In this document: positions 28,096 through 35,613 of the stretch, piece by piece
How positions within the stretch are numbered: position 1 is the first letter of the stretch
How the letters are laid out: every line of letters begins with the position of its first letter
Source: a virus
Lineage: Duplodnaviria; Caudoviricetes
IMG/VR virus record: IMGVR_UViG_3300021399_000157
Coordinates: 3,032 to 67,031 of that record
Reading direction: 5' to 3' (one strand)
Length of the DNA: 64,000 nucleotides
The notes under the pieces: generated by a model
Told to the model about the DNA's origin: nothing
The model's input: only the letters and a program-made list of their open reading frames with translations
Databases searched by the model: none
Position numbers and translations under genes: made by a program

Positions 28096-29119
28096 TCTTC
28101 TTCATCCTCTCTGTTACTTTATTTTCATAATATATTACCTCTATGTCTCCATAGTTATATTCTAATTTACCACCATACACTAGTATTTTAGATGGTTTTA
28201 TCTTTTTAATCATTGCATCCATTCCATCTTTCCATATCTTTAGTGCATCTGTATTTCTTTTTACTCCAATTGTACTTATTGATACTATGCTTCCTTCAGG
28301 TATTCCATCAAAACAAAAATCAAATGTTTCTTCTTCTGCCCAACTTATTGTAGGTATTACCTTTATTCCACATCTTTGATAATATTGTCCAATTAGTCTG
28401 CTTCTATATATATTCCATATCTTCATTGCTATAGGCATATCCATATATAAACTAAAATCAGGACTTAATATGCAATCATAATCTCCTAATACTTCAACAT
28501 ACTCTTGTGGATTATTCCATATTCTTTCAAATTGATAATCATCTAGATAAAAATGTATTCCTACATTCTTGTTTTCACTTGTTTTAGCATAATTAAATCC
28601 CATCAAATCTTTAGGTACATAATTATCATTCTCTATAATAGGCATTTGGTATTTACCATCACAGGCATCTGCATCAAATAGTTCTAGGTTATATGCTTCA
28701 TTGGTTCTTTCTCTTTCATTGATTTTTATTTCAGGTACTTCTATTTCAGGTACTTCTATATCAAATCCATACTTTTCCATATCTATATCTAGGATTTTGT
28801 TTATCTCATCCTGTACCATATCTAAATCCCAAGCAGTATTCATTGTTAATTGATTATGTACTAATAAATATGCTCTTCTTTGCTCATCTGTTAGATAATC
28901 TAACTTAATTACAGGTACTTCTTTTAATCCTAAATCTTTACAAGCAAGGTATCTACCATTACCTTCTACTATCTCATTATTCCATATTGCTATAGGGTCA
29001 TTCATACCAAACTCTTCAATAGATGCTTTTATTTGGTCTATTTGACTTTGTGGATGTAACTTTGCATTTTTATCATATAATCTTAAAGTATCTATGTTTA
29101 CATATTCTATTTGTAACAT
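28088..29119 (-). CDS. ParB/Srx N-terminal domain fused to DUF4417-like domain
   Basis: N-terminal QIKASIEEFGMNDPI..GNGRYLA; C-terminal HFYLDDYQFERIW, PDFSLY.DMP, VIPTISW, FCFDG. Confidence 0.8.
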   Translation of the reverse strand: MLQIEYVNIDTLRLYDKNAKLHPQSQIDQIKASIEEFGMNDPIAIWNNEIVEGNGRYLACKDLGLKEVPVIKLDYLTDEQRRAYLLVHNQLTMNTAWDLDMVQDEINKILDIDMEKYGFDIEVPEIEVPEIKINERERTNEAYNLELFDADACDGKYQMPIIENDNYVPKDLMGFNYAKTSENKNVGIHFYLDDYQFERIWNNPQEYVEVLGDYDCILSPDFSLYMDMPIAMKIWNIYRSRLIGQYYQRCGIKVIPTISWAEEETFDFCFDGIPEGSIVSISTIGVKRNTDALKIWKDGMDAMIKKIKPSKILVYGGKLEYNYGDIEVIYYENKVTERMKKND

Positions 29120-29121
29120 AT

Positions 29122-29523
29122 TTATCTCCTAAAATTATATTCTTTCCCTGTTTTTCTATCTCTTATATATATTGTTCCCTTATATTGATTATATGAAACA
29201 TAAGGGTCTTTAATTCCACCATCTAATGCATCTTGATATATTCCACCTAGTTCTTTTAAATATGACATTGTATATCCACCTGTATTGCTCATAATATATT
29301 TATTGTTTACATATAATGCATTATCAAATGATGTAATATCTAATCTATTTGATAATTCTTTTCTTATTTCTACATTATCACTTAATCTATATCCTGTTGG
29401 ATTATTGTATTCATCTCTTGCTTTTTTTGTCCATTGTTTTGTTCTATTTGTTATTTTTACATTTATATTGCTACTAGAAGAAGCACCTCTGCCTCCAAAC
29501 ATTTGTATATCTAGTTTTATCAT
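29122..29523 (-). CDS. FGGRG-leader protein 1 (unknown function)
   Basis: Starts MIKLDIQMFGGRGASSSS. Confidence 0.75.
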   Translation of the reverse strand: MIKLDIQMFGGRGASSSSNINVKITNRTKQWTKKARDEYNNPTGYRLSDNVEIRKELSNRLDITSFDNALYVNNKYIMSNTGGYTMSYLKELGGIYQDALDGGIKDPYVSYNQYKGTIYIRDRKTGKEYNFRR

Positions 29524-29553
29524 ATTATCACCTTTTTAATTATAACATTATAT

Positions 29554-29976
29554 TTAAAATCTTTCAAATCTACCATTGATGTAATTATCTTTTATCAAAA
29601 CTCTACCTTTAGATGTATGTAATCCTTCAAATCTTCTTTCAAAGTCTAATAGCATCTTTTTAATTTCTAATAGGTTCTCTACATCCAAATGTCCTTTCAT
29701 CTTTTGAAATATCATCTGCATTGTAATATCTTCAAACATTTCCCTGTCATACTGCTCAATTAGATGTAAATATTCGTGAGATGTATCCTGTACTAGTATT
29801 ACACCATTCCAATATTTATATCCATCTCCTAATCCCTGTTTCCTACATTCTCTTTTAGGTACTATTAAGTGATGAAAAGATAAACTACTATTTCTGTTTA
29901 CATTATATCCCATAAAGTCATATCCAAGTTTTCTTATGTTAAAATCCCTTATCATTAACTTTGATACTTCTTGCAT
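29554..29976 (-). CDS. HNH-like protein (homolog of 63313-63696)
   Basis: LSFHHLIV...NGVIL...SHEYLHLIE. Confidence 0.6.
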   Translation of the reverse strand: MQEVSKLMIRDFNIRKLGYDFMGYNVNRNSSLSFHHLIVPKRECRKQGLGDGYKYWNGVILVQDTSHEYLHLIEQYDREMFEDITMQMIFQKMKGHLDVENLLEIKKMLLDFERRFEGLHTSKGRVLIKDNYINGRFERF

Positions 29977-30187
29977 ATATTAATATTAACTCCTCTATCT
30001 CTATATCTCCATTTAGATACTCCCATATCCTGTCTTTCTTCCATTCTTCAAGTTCTAACTGATATAATAAGTTCCTCCAAAATCTTATCTCTTTTTCATT
30101 AAAAAAAGGGCATAAGAGTTCCTGATACATTCCTCTTAATGTCCTTCCATTGTCAATCACAACTTTTAAAATATTATTTCTATCCAT
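29939..30187 (-). CDS. Hypothetical protein
   Basis: ATG at 30187 with AAAGGA RBS (ORF track extends to a GTG at 30217). Confidence 0.5.
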   Translation of the reverse strand: MDRNNILKVVIDNGRTLRGMYQELLCPFFNEKEIRFWRNLLYQLELEEWKKDRIWEYLNGDIEIEELILIYARSIKVNDKGF

Positions 30188-30217
30188 ACTCTTTATCCTT
30201 TGACTACATTTTAACAC

Positions 30218-30246
30218 AAAATAAAGAAGTAATCAATATTACTTCT
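30218..30246 (-). terminator. Intrinsic terminator closing the ncRNA unit
   Basis: AGAAGTAAT-caat-ATTACTTCT 9 bp stem followed by TTATTTT on minus. Confidence 0.7.
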
Positions 30247-30270
30247 CTAACAGGATAAATGATAATTATC

Positions 30271-30371
30271 GTGCCATTAATAAGCACCATAGAATAGATA
30301 TAATCCTGAACTTGTAGAAACTGCCATTTTCATATCTACTCTATGCTACTTACATTTTTCCTATAAAGCAT
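30271..30371 (-). ncRNA. Structured non-coding element, family copy 2
   Basis: CATAGAATAGATAT / ATATCTACTCTATG arms; GTGC..GCAC flank hairpin. Confidence 0.6.
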
Positions 30372-30410
30372 TTTTTACTAATTTTGAAAAATATAAATAT
30401 AGATAGTTTA

Positions 30411-30535
30411 GGTACTCTTTATAAGTACCATTGAATAGATATATTTGCTAGACTAGACTTCACTTTCCTAATACCTTAAAAGTGTAATTATAGGTTAATA
30501 TATATCTACTCAATGCTACCTACTAGAGATAGCAT
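30411..30535 (-). ncRNA. Structured non-coding element, family copy 3
   Basis: CATTGAATAGATATAT / ATATATCTACTCAATG arms (compensatory change versus copy 2). Confidence 0.6.
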
Positions 30536-30545
30536 CTACCAAAAT

Positions 30546-30660
30546 CACTTATTTTTATAAGCACCACCTAGATAATAAGTATCTAAAGGGTAACAACTCC
30601 TAAAAGACTAAATGAGTTGTATTCATAACTTACTATCTAGGTGCTACCTACAAAGGTAGC
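30546..30660 (-). ncRNA. Structured non-coding element, family copy 4
   Basis: CACCTAGATA / TATCTAGGTG arms; inner ACAACTC / GAGTTGT hairpin. Confidence 0.6.
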
Positions 30661-30700
30661 GTAAGAATAAAAAGGGGCAAGGTATTTTCATACCAACTTA

Positions 30701-30729
30701 ATATTACCACATTTTATATTTTATTGCAA
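30701..30729 (-). promoter_or_regulatory. Sigma70-type promoter (extended -10) driving the ncRNA unit
   Basis: TTGCAA-17 bp-TAATAT preceded by TGn. Confidence 0.65.
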
Positions 30730-30730
30730 A

Positions 30731-30874
30731 TTACTTTTTCTTTTCCTTCTTTAATTGTTTTGCTTTTACTCCTGTATAATCAGGATATTTTAATAAATAT
30801 TTTGTTAAGTCTTGCAGACTTTCTAAATTAAATCTTATATTTCCTTTTGGTGTTTCAATTGTTATTTCATACAT
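30731..30874 (-). CDS. Small protein not in the ORF track (47 aa, MYEITIETPKGNIRFNLESL...)
   Basis: Ortholog at 63778-63915 conserved at protein level with mostly synonymous or conservative DNA changes. Confidence 0.75.
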   Translation of the reverse strand: MYEITIETPKGNIRFNLESLQDLTKYLLKYPDYTGVKAKQLKKEKKK

Positions 30875-30959
30875 TAATTATTTTCCTTTTCGTTAGTAAA
30901 TCTTGGTTTTCCCATTAAAATACTTACTAATCTATTGTAATCAACTAAAAGATATCCAT
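30835..30959 (+). repeat. Direct repeat, left copy (identical to 63876-64000)
   Basis: 125 bp exact match read by eye; the match runs to the window end. Confidence 0.9.
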
Positions 30960-31128
30960 ATTGACTTCTAGTTGAAAAATCTTCAATTTTTAAATTATCC
31001 ATATATTCTATTGCTTTATCTATGATATTATTTAGTCTTTCTATTTCTTCATCTTGTTCTAAAACTCGTAACATTAAATTAGCAATGTATTTCATTTGTT
31101 CTTCACTCACTATTTGCTCAACTCCCAT
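30874..31128 (-). CDS. Hypothetical protein (EIERLNNII family)
   Basis: Shares ERLNNII with 31600-31794. Confidence 0.6.
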   Translation of the reverse strand: MGVEQIVSEEQMKYIANLMLRVLEQDEEIERLNNIIDKAIEYMDNLKIEDFSTRSQYGYLLVDYNRLVSILMGKPRFTNEKENN

Positions 31129-31607
31129 CTATATCCATAAGCAGTAGGTTTATTTCCATTACAACACATACTTATAAAACTTTGCTTATATCCTAATTCA
31201 TTTTGTATATCAGTTTGTGAGTTCCACTCTTTTATAAAGTTGCCTTTTAAATCATATTGCTTTACTTTTTTTACTGGTCTATAAAACCTATTATCTCTTA
31301 CACATTGTTGCATATTTTCACTTTGTGTCCCACATTTCAAATTATCTAAATTGTTATTGGCAGGGTTATTGTCTAAGTGCATAACTAAACATTCTTCTGT
31401 ATAATCTTCTAAAAATGTTTTTGCTACTAATCTATGAACTCTAGAATTATGAGTTTTACCATCATAATATAAACCAACATATTTATATTTTCTGTGTGTA
31501 TATTGTTTTAATATCTTTTTATTTTTTTTTACTCTTACATTTCCTAAATTAGAAATTTCATATTTATTCCCATATCCAACTAAATCTTTCCATATCTCAT
31601 TATTCAT
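31110..31607 (-). CDS. Free-standing NUMOD4-HNH-NUMOD1 homing endonuclease
   Basis: EIWKDLVGY..KYEISNLGNVR; VHRLVA...MHLDNNPANNNLDNL; VKQYDLKGNFIKEWNS. Confidence 0.9.
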   Translation of the reverse strand: MNNEIWKDLVGYGNKYEISNLGNVRVKKNKKILKQYTHRKYKYVGLYYDGKTHNSRVHRLVAKTFLEDYTEECLVMHLDNNPANNNLDNLKCGTQSENMQQCVRDNRFYRPVKKVKQYDLKGNFIKEWNSQTDIQNELGYKQSFISMCCNGNKPTAYGYRWELSK

Positions 31608-31794
31608 TATTGTTTTTTCCTTTTAGTTCTTTTAAAATCTCTTGCTTAATATCTTCATAAATATCACAACCTCTACCACTACTACTTAAACTTTCTACAT
31701 ATTTGGTAGTTCTATTTATGATATTATTTAGTCTTTCATTTTCTTCTAATAATCTATCTATCTCTCTTGGCATTTCTTCTATTGATATATTCAT
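31600..31794 (-). CDS. Hypothetical protein (ENERLNNII family)
   Basis: 64 aa, paralogous motif with 30874-31128. Confidence 0.6.
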   Translation of the reverse strand: MNISIEEMPREIDRLLEENERLNNIINRTTKYVESLSSSGRGCDIYEDIKQEILKELKGKNNNE

Positions 31795-31796
31795 AT

Positions 31797-32234
31797 TTAC
31801 TCCTCCGTTTTTATATCATTTATTCTTTTCTTTATTTTTTTTAGTATGTTAAATACTGATGCTCTACTATAACTAGATATCCTAGCTGTTTTTTCTATTG
31901 TTAGTCTATCTATGTATCTGCATCTGTATATCTTGTCGTAAGGGTTATTACTTAATCTTAATTCTTGCTCTTTTAATTTAACTAGTTTTTCTCTATCGTC
32001 TAATATAGATTTTACTTCTTTTAGTCTTTGATCTATATTTTTCTTTTCTTTCTGGATCAAGTATTCGTCGAATGCATTTACTCTTTTTCCTCCTGTTGTC
32101 TTTTCTCCAGTTATTCTAGTTGCTTTCGGCTGTGTCTTTGAGAATAAATCTTCTTTTTCGGTTAATATCTCGTTATATTTCCTTTGTACTTCATAGTGCT
32201 TATTTTTATATATTTCGTATTCTTCAAATAACAA
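31797..32234 (-). CDS. ArpU/RinA-like late transcriptional activator
   Basis: C-terminal YRCRYIDRLTIEKTARISSYSRASVFNI sigma4-like HTH; end of the early region. Confidence 0.7.
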   Translation of the reverse strand: MLFEEYEIYKNKHYEVQRKYNEILTEKEDLFSKTQPKATRITGEKTTGGKRVNAFDEYLIQKEKKNIDQRLKEVKSILDDREKLVKLKEQELRLSNNPYDKIYRCRYIDRLTIEKTARISSYSRASVFNILKKIKKRINDIKTEE

Positions 32235-32337
32235 TTTACCACTCCCTTTTATTTACTTTTGATTAACAAATACATTATCAGTATAAATAGTATTAGTATC
32301 GTTAATATATCTATTTTTTTTATTCTTTTAAAATGTT

Positions 32338-32529
32338 TCATTTATCTGCGTCTACTATGATATTATCTATAGTCATTCTTTTTCTTATGTTAGTCTTTAG
32401 TCTTACGAAGTCTTTTACTGGTATCTTTTTATTGATTATCATAGTGCCTTCTGTAATTTCTACGTCGTATTTGGCTATTAGTTCTTCTACTGTTGTTTCT
32501 CTTAGTAAGTTTTTAATTTCCTCTATCAT
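32338..32529 (-). CDS. Hypothetical protein
   Basis: RBS AGGAG, operon context. Confidence 0.55.
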   Translation of the reverse strand: MIEEIKNLLRETTVEELIAKYDVEITEGTMIINKKIPVKDFVRLKTNIRKRMTIDNIIVDADK

Positions 32530-32537
32530 AACTCCTC

Positions 32538-32768
32538 CTATTTTATTCTATTTTTTAATTCTTTGTTTTTTTGTCTTAATTTTTTGTTTTCTTCTCTTAA
32601 TCTTTGTACTTCTTCTTCGTTTTCTATATTATTCATAAATAGATAGTATAAACCTTCTTTTATGCTCCATTGTAAATACTCGTTTTTATTCTCTAGGGTA
32701 TTTACTTTCATTCTTAGTCTTACTGGATCTAGTAGCAACCCTAATTTATTTTTTATTTTATCTTTCAT
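32538..32768 (-). CDS. Hypothetical coiled-coil protein (homolog of 1021-1263)
   Basis: VNTLE.K.E and EVQRLREENKKLR. Confidence 0.65.
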   Translation of the reverse strand: MKDKIKNKLGLLLDPVRLRMKVNTLENKNEYLQWSIKEGLYYLFMNNIENEEEVQRLREENKKLRQKNKELKNRIK

Positions 32769-32943
32769 TATTTTTCTCCATTGATTTTATTATATTATCG
32801 TAGAACTTATACTTCTTATATATTTCGTCTTGTTTATCTCTTAGTTCTTTTCCTTTTTCGTATTTTTGCATCGTGCTTAATTCTCTTAGATTTTTTGATT
32901 TTATCAGAAGCTCGTATCTTTTTTTTCTTATATCTTTATTCAT
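32758..32943 (-). CDS. Hypothetical protein
   Basis: 61 aa overlapping neighbour. Confidence 0.55.
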   Translation of the reverse strand: MNKDIRKKRYELLIKSKNLRELSTMQKYEKGKELRDKQDEIYKKYKFYDNIIKSMEKNNER

Positions 32944-33159
32944 ATTAACGTTTCTCGCTTATGTCCTTTATTTTAGTTTTTGTATACAATAGCTTCTTGT
33001 ATATCCTTCTTCCGTACAGTTTGTTATCTCGTTTTCTGTTTCCTCCATTAGATGCCATTGTATAGCTGACAATATTATAATTAGTATGATAACTACTACA
33101 ACCTTAACCCACGCTCTTAACTTTCTTCTTTTCATTTTTTATTCTCCTTTTATAATTTA

Positions 33160-33211
33160 ATTATATGAAAGCGTTTACTTAAAGTCAATTATAAATTGTT
33201 ATATTTTGGTA
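33160..33211 (-). promoter_or_regulatory. Sigma70 promoter with operator-like box
   Basis: TTGACT-17 bp-TATAAT; spacer contains GAAAGCGTTT; 17-mer ATTGTTATATTTTGGTA (33195-33211) repeated exactly at 40319-40335. Confidence 0.6.
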
Positions 33212-33240
33212 TTTTTTTATAATATAAGTGTCAAGTGTAA

Positions 33241-33270
33241 AGAAAAAAGACTAGATTATCTCTAGTCTTA
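33241..33270 (-). terminator. Intrinsic terminator, AGACTAG family
   Basis: AAAAAAAGACTAGA-ttatc-TCTAGTCTT overlapping the stop codon. Confidence 0.7.
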
Positions 33271-33726
33271 TACCATTTCGTTATTTACTACTTCTTTTAC
33301 TTTGATCTGCGTATCCTTAATTGCTTCTGGTCCTATTACAAATAGGTCTATTCTTCCTGTAGTCATACAAATACCGCAACTATCTAGTACTATTGCTTCG
33401 TATTCTACTCCGTCTATTTCTAGGATCAATACGTCGTAGTAGTTATATAGTCTTACTCCGTTTGAATATCTCCAACCGTAATTAAGTAGATAGTTTGTAG
33501 CTGTTGCTACTACTAACTTACCTTTATAGGTATACCAGCCGTACTCGTTTACTCCGAAGTCTTCTATACCTAGTCCGCACCCAGTCGGGCTTACTGGTTT
33601 CTTTGGATAGTAGGAAGTTAGCCTAGTTTCGTATTCGTATGTTACTGTATATCTGTTTTCCTCCGCTCTAACTTCCTTCACTCCTGACATTAATAATAAA
33701 GCTATTAAAAATAGTTTTTTCTTCAT
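33268..33726 (-). CDS. Secreted 3D-domain (MltA-like) cell-wall protein
   Basis: Signal peptide; RLTSYYP, IVLDSCG, RIDLFV. Confidence 0.7.
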   Translation of the reverse strand: MKKKLFLIALLLMSGVKEVRAEENRYTVTYEYETRLTSYYPKKPVSPTGCGLGIEDFGVNEYGWYTYKGKLVVATATNYLLNYGWRYSNGVRLYNYYDVLILEIDGVEYEAIVLDSCGICMTTGRIDLFVIGPEAIKDTQIKVKEVVNNEMV

Positions 33727-33929
33727 GCCTTTATTTCTTCTTTCTGATTATTATTTTATCTCCTTCTACATATACTTCCAGATCGTCGCTCTCTTTGATG
33801 CCTGCTTTTTCTATGTGCTTCTTTGATATTGTTATTTTATAACAATTTACTTTAGCTTCTCCTGATGCTGTAAAATATTTTTGTTGTACTAATTTCAAGT
33901 TATCACCTCTTTTCTATTTGAAACCTTTT

Positions 33930-34217
33930 TTACATTTCTAATTCTTTAAGATCTTCGTCAATATACATTTGTATATTTTCGAAACCTTCTACTTCTTCAA
34001 TGTCTCCATTATAGGCTATTAAAATATTCATGGTTTCGTCTTTCTGAATCTCCCAGTAAAAAGTATTCTTGATTATGTTATATAATTCAATAGCCTTTAA
34101 TTCTTTGTCTAAATGATAATATCTTTTTAAAATTCTTTTGTATTCTTCATACCAGCTATAGTTATTCATTAATTGTAATTCAAACTCGTTTATAGCGTGT
34201 TCTAATTGTTCCTTCAT
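33930..34217 (-). CDS. Hypothetical protein
   Basis: 95 aa, RBS AGAGGTG. Confidence 0.55.
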   Translation of the reverse strand: MKEQLEHAINEFELQLMNNYSWYEEYKRILKRYYHLDKELKAIELYNIIKNTFYWEIQKDETMNILIAYNGDIEEVEGFENIQMYIDEDLKELEM

Positions 34218-34230
34218 ATTTTCACCTCTT

Positions 34231-34452
34231 TTATTCCTCTGTGTCTTCTTCGTCTTCTTCTGGATCTTCTTCGTCTCTGATGCATTCCCAGTCTAACCTA
34301 CCGTAAGTATATCCGTTATCGTTGCTGAAATATACTGGAGTGTCTTCGTCGAAGTCCATTAACATTCCGATTAGTTCTCCTGCTGTTAATGTGTGTCCTA
34401 CTTGATCTGTGCTATAACCACTTCTATTAGTTTCTAATAATATTTTTTTCAT
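34231..34452 (-). CDS. Hypothetical acidic protein
   Basis: 73 aa; FSNDNGYTYG motif. Confidence 0.6.
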   Translation of the reverse strand: MKKILLETNRSGYSTDQVGHTLTAGELIGMLMDFDEDTPVYFSNDNGYTYGRLDWECIRDEEDPEEDEEDTEE

Positions 34453-34554
34453 ATCCTTTTCTTTCCTTTCATGATTTAATTATTCCATATTTTGTCAACA
34501 TTGTCAATAAAAAAAAGAAAACGTTTTCATAAAATATTTTTCTTTACGTCAATT

Positions 34555-34582
34555 AAAAAAAGACTAGAGAAAAGCTCTAGTC
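34555..34582 (-). terminator. Intrinsic terminator, AGACTAG family
   Basis: AAAAAAAGACTAGAG-aaaag-CTCTAGTCTT. Confidence 0.7.
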
Positions 34583-34786
34583 TTCGTCTGGCTCTACTGC
34601 TATAGCATAACTTGTAAAGCATGGTCGTTCTGATCCGTATAAGTTGATTTCATAAACTCGGTGCTTATAATGTAAGTCGTATTCTAGCATGAAGTCGTCT
34701 GTTACCGTATAAAAGATAAATACGTTCCCGTCTTCGTCTAATTTCACCGCTTCTAATGTTTCCAGTCCGTCAATTAAATTAATCAA
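34577..34786 (-). CDS. Hypothetical protein
   Basis: TTG start with AGAGGTG RBS. Confidence 0.5.
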   Translation of the reverse strand: MINLIDGLETLEAVKLDEDGNVFIFYTVTDDFMLEYDLHYKHRVYEINLYGSERPCFTSYAIAVEPDED

Positions 34787-34976
34787 AATAAACCACCTCT
34801 AAACTGATAAAAAAGGTCTCTAAAAGGAAAAAAGGAAAAATGAATAATGAATGAATACAGATGCCTTCTTAAATTGATGTTTGATTAAACAGATGCTTTT
34901 TATCACCTCCTCACAATACAATATATGCTGGTTATTTCCGAATAGTACTTATTTTTGGCTTTTCTTTTCTTTTTGA

Positions 34977-35006
34977 AAATAAAAAGACTAGAATAATCTA
35001 GTCTTA
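34977..35006 (-). terminator. Intrinsic terminator, AGACTAG family
   Basis: AAAAAGACTAGA-ataa-TCTAGTCTT overlapping the stop codon. Confidence 0.7.
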
Positions 35007-35441
35007 ATAGTTCTCTGGAGTTGCTAAATATTCGTTTCTTGCAAGTTCTAAACCTAACTTTAATCTTGGATCTTCCATGACTTCATTTATTGTTAAGTCT
35101 AACGCTTCTAGTGTGTCTCTTAAATCATAAGTGATACAATACTCGTGATTTGCAAGCTCGTATAAAAACATATCTTTTATGAAGCCTTCTCCTGTTTCGT
35201 CTTCTGCTATTGCTTCCTTCATTCTTTTTTCTTTTCCGTTGATTAGTTCGTCTAATGCTTTTTCGTCTGTCTTTCTGATAAAGCCTCCTGCTCCTATACT
35301 GATTAATTCGCTGTTGTCTTTAACTCCTAATTCTTGCTTCATTTTTTCGAACTGTTCGTTACTGAATGCAAAGCCGAACGGAAACTCGTCAAACTCCTTT
35401 TGTAATTTGTTTTTTAATTCTGCATATTTATTCATAAACAA
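35004..35441 (-). CDS. Conserved-looking phage hypothetical protein
   Basis: FAFSNEQF, GAGGF, FLYELANHEYCIT. Confidence 0.65.
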   Translation of the reverse strand: MFMNKYAELKNKLQKEFDEFPFGFAFSNEQFEKMKQELGVKDNSELISIGAGGFIRKTDEKALDELINGKEKRMKEAIAEDETGEGFIKDMFLYELANHEYCITYDLRDTLEALDLTINEVMEDPRLKLGLELARNEYLATPENY

Positions 35442-35613
35442 TATCTCCTATCTTATATTTTTCTGCTCTTTCTTTTGTTAGTCCGCCTTCTATTATTTGT
35501 TGGCTTTCATACCAGTACATTTTAATTCTGACTGGGTTATATAAATTGTTTTTTTTCATATATTCTTCTGATACTTCGTAAATGTCGATTATTTTAAACT
35601 TTTTCTTTTTCAT
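35428..35613 (-). CDS. Hypothetical protein
   Basis: RBS GGAGGA. Confidence 0.55.
   Translation of the reverse strand: MKKKKFKIIDIYEVSEEYMKKNNLYNPVRIKMYWYESQQIIEGGLTKERAEKYKIGDIVYE

Larger units (their letters stand above)
1..30834 (-). mobile_element. Phage A: partial siphophage genome with A118/SPP1-like morphogenesis module
   Basis: Contiguous minus-strand terminase-portal-minor capsid-scaffold-capsid-neck-tail-lysis-replication genes; CpG nearly absent. Confidence 0.9.

Noticed and set aside
30271-30660. CRISPR array or TIGR-like array reading of the tandem hairpins
   Set aside because: No constant-length identical repeats or regular period, and no cas or Nop-domain gene; conservation is structural rather than sequence-exact
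34800-34975. Intergenic stretch with a perfect GAGGAGGTGAT Shine-Dalgarno and a repeated GCATCTGT, possible sRNA or small toxin gene
   Set aside because: No start codon at a usable distance and no convincing fold; too weak to call
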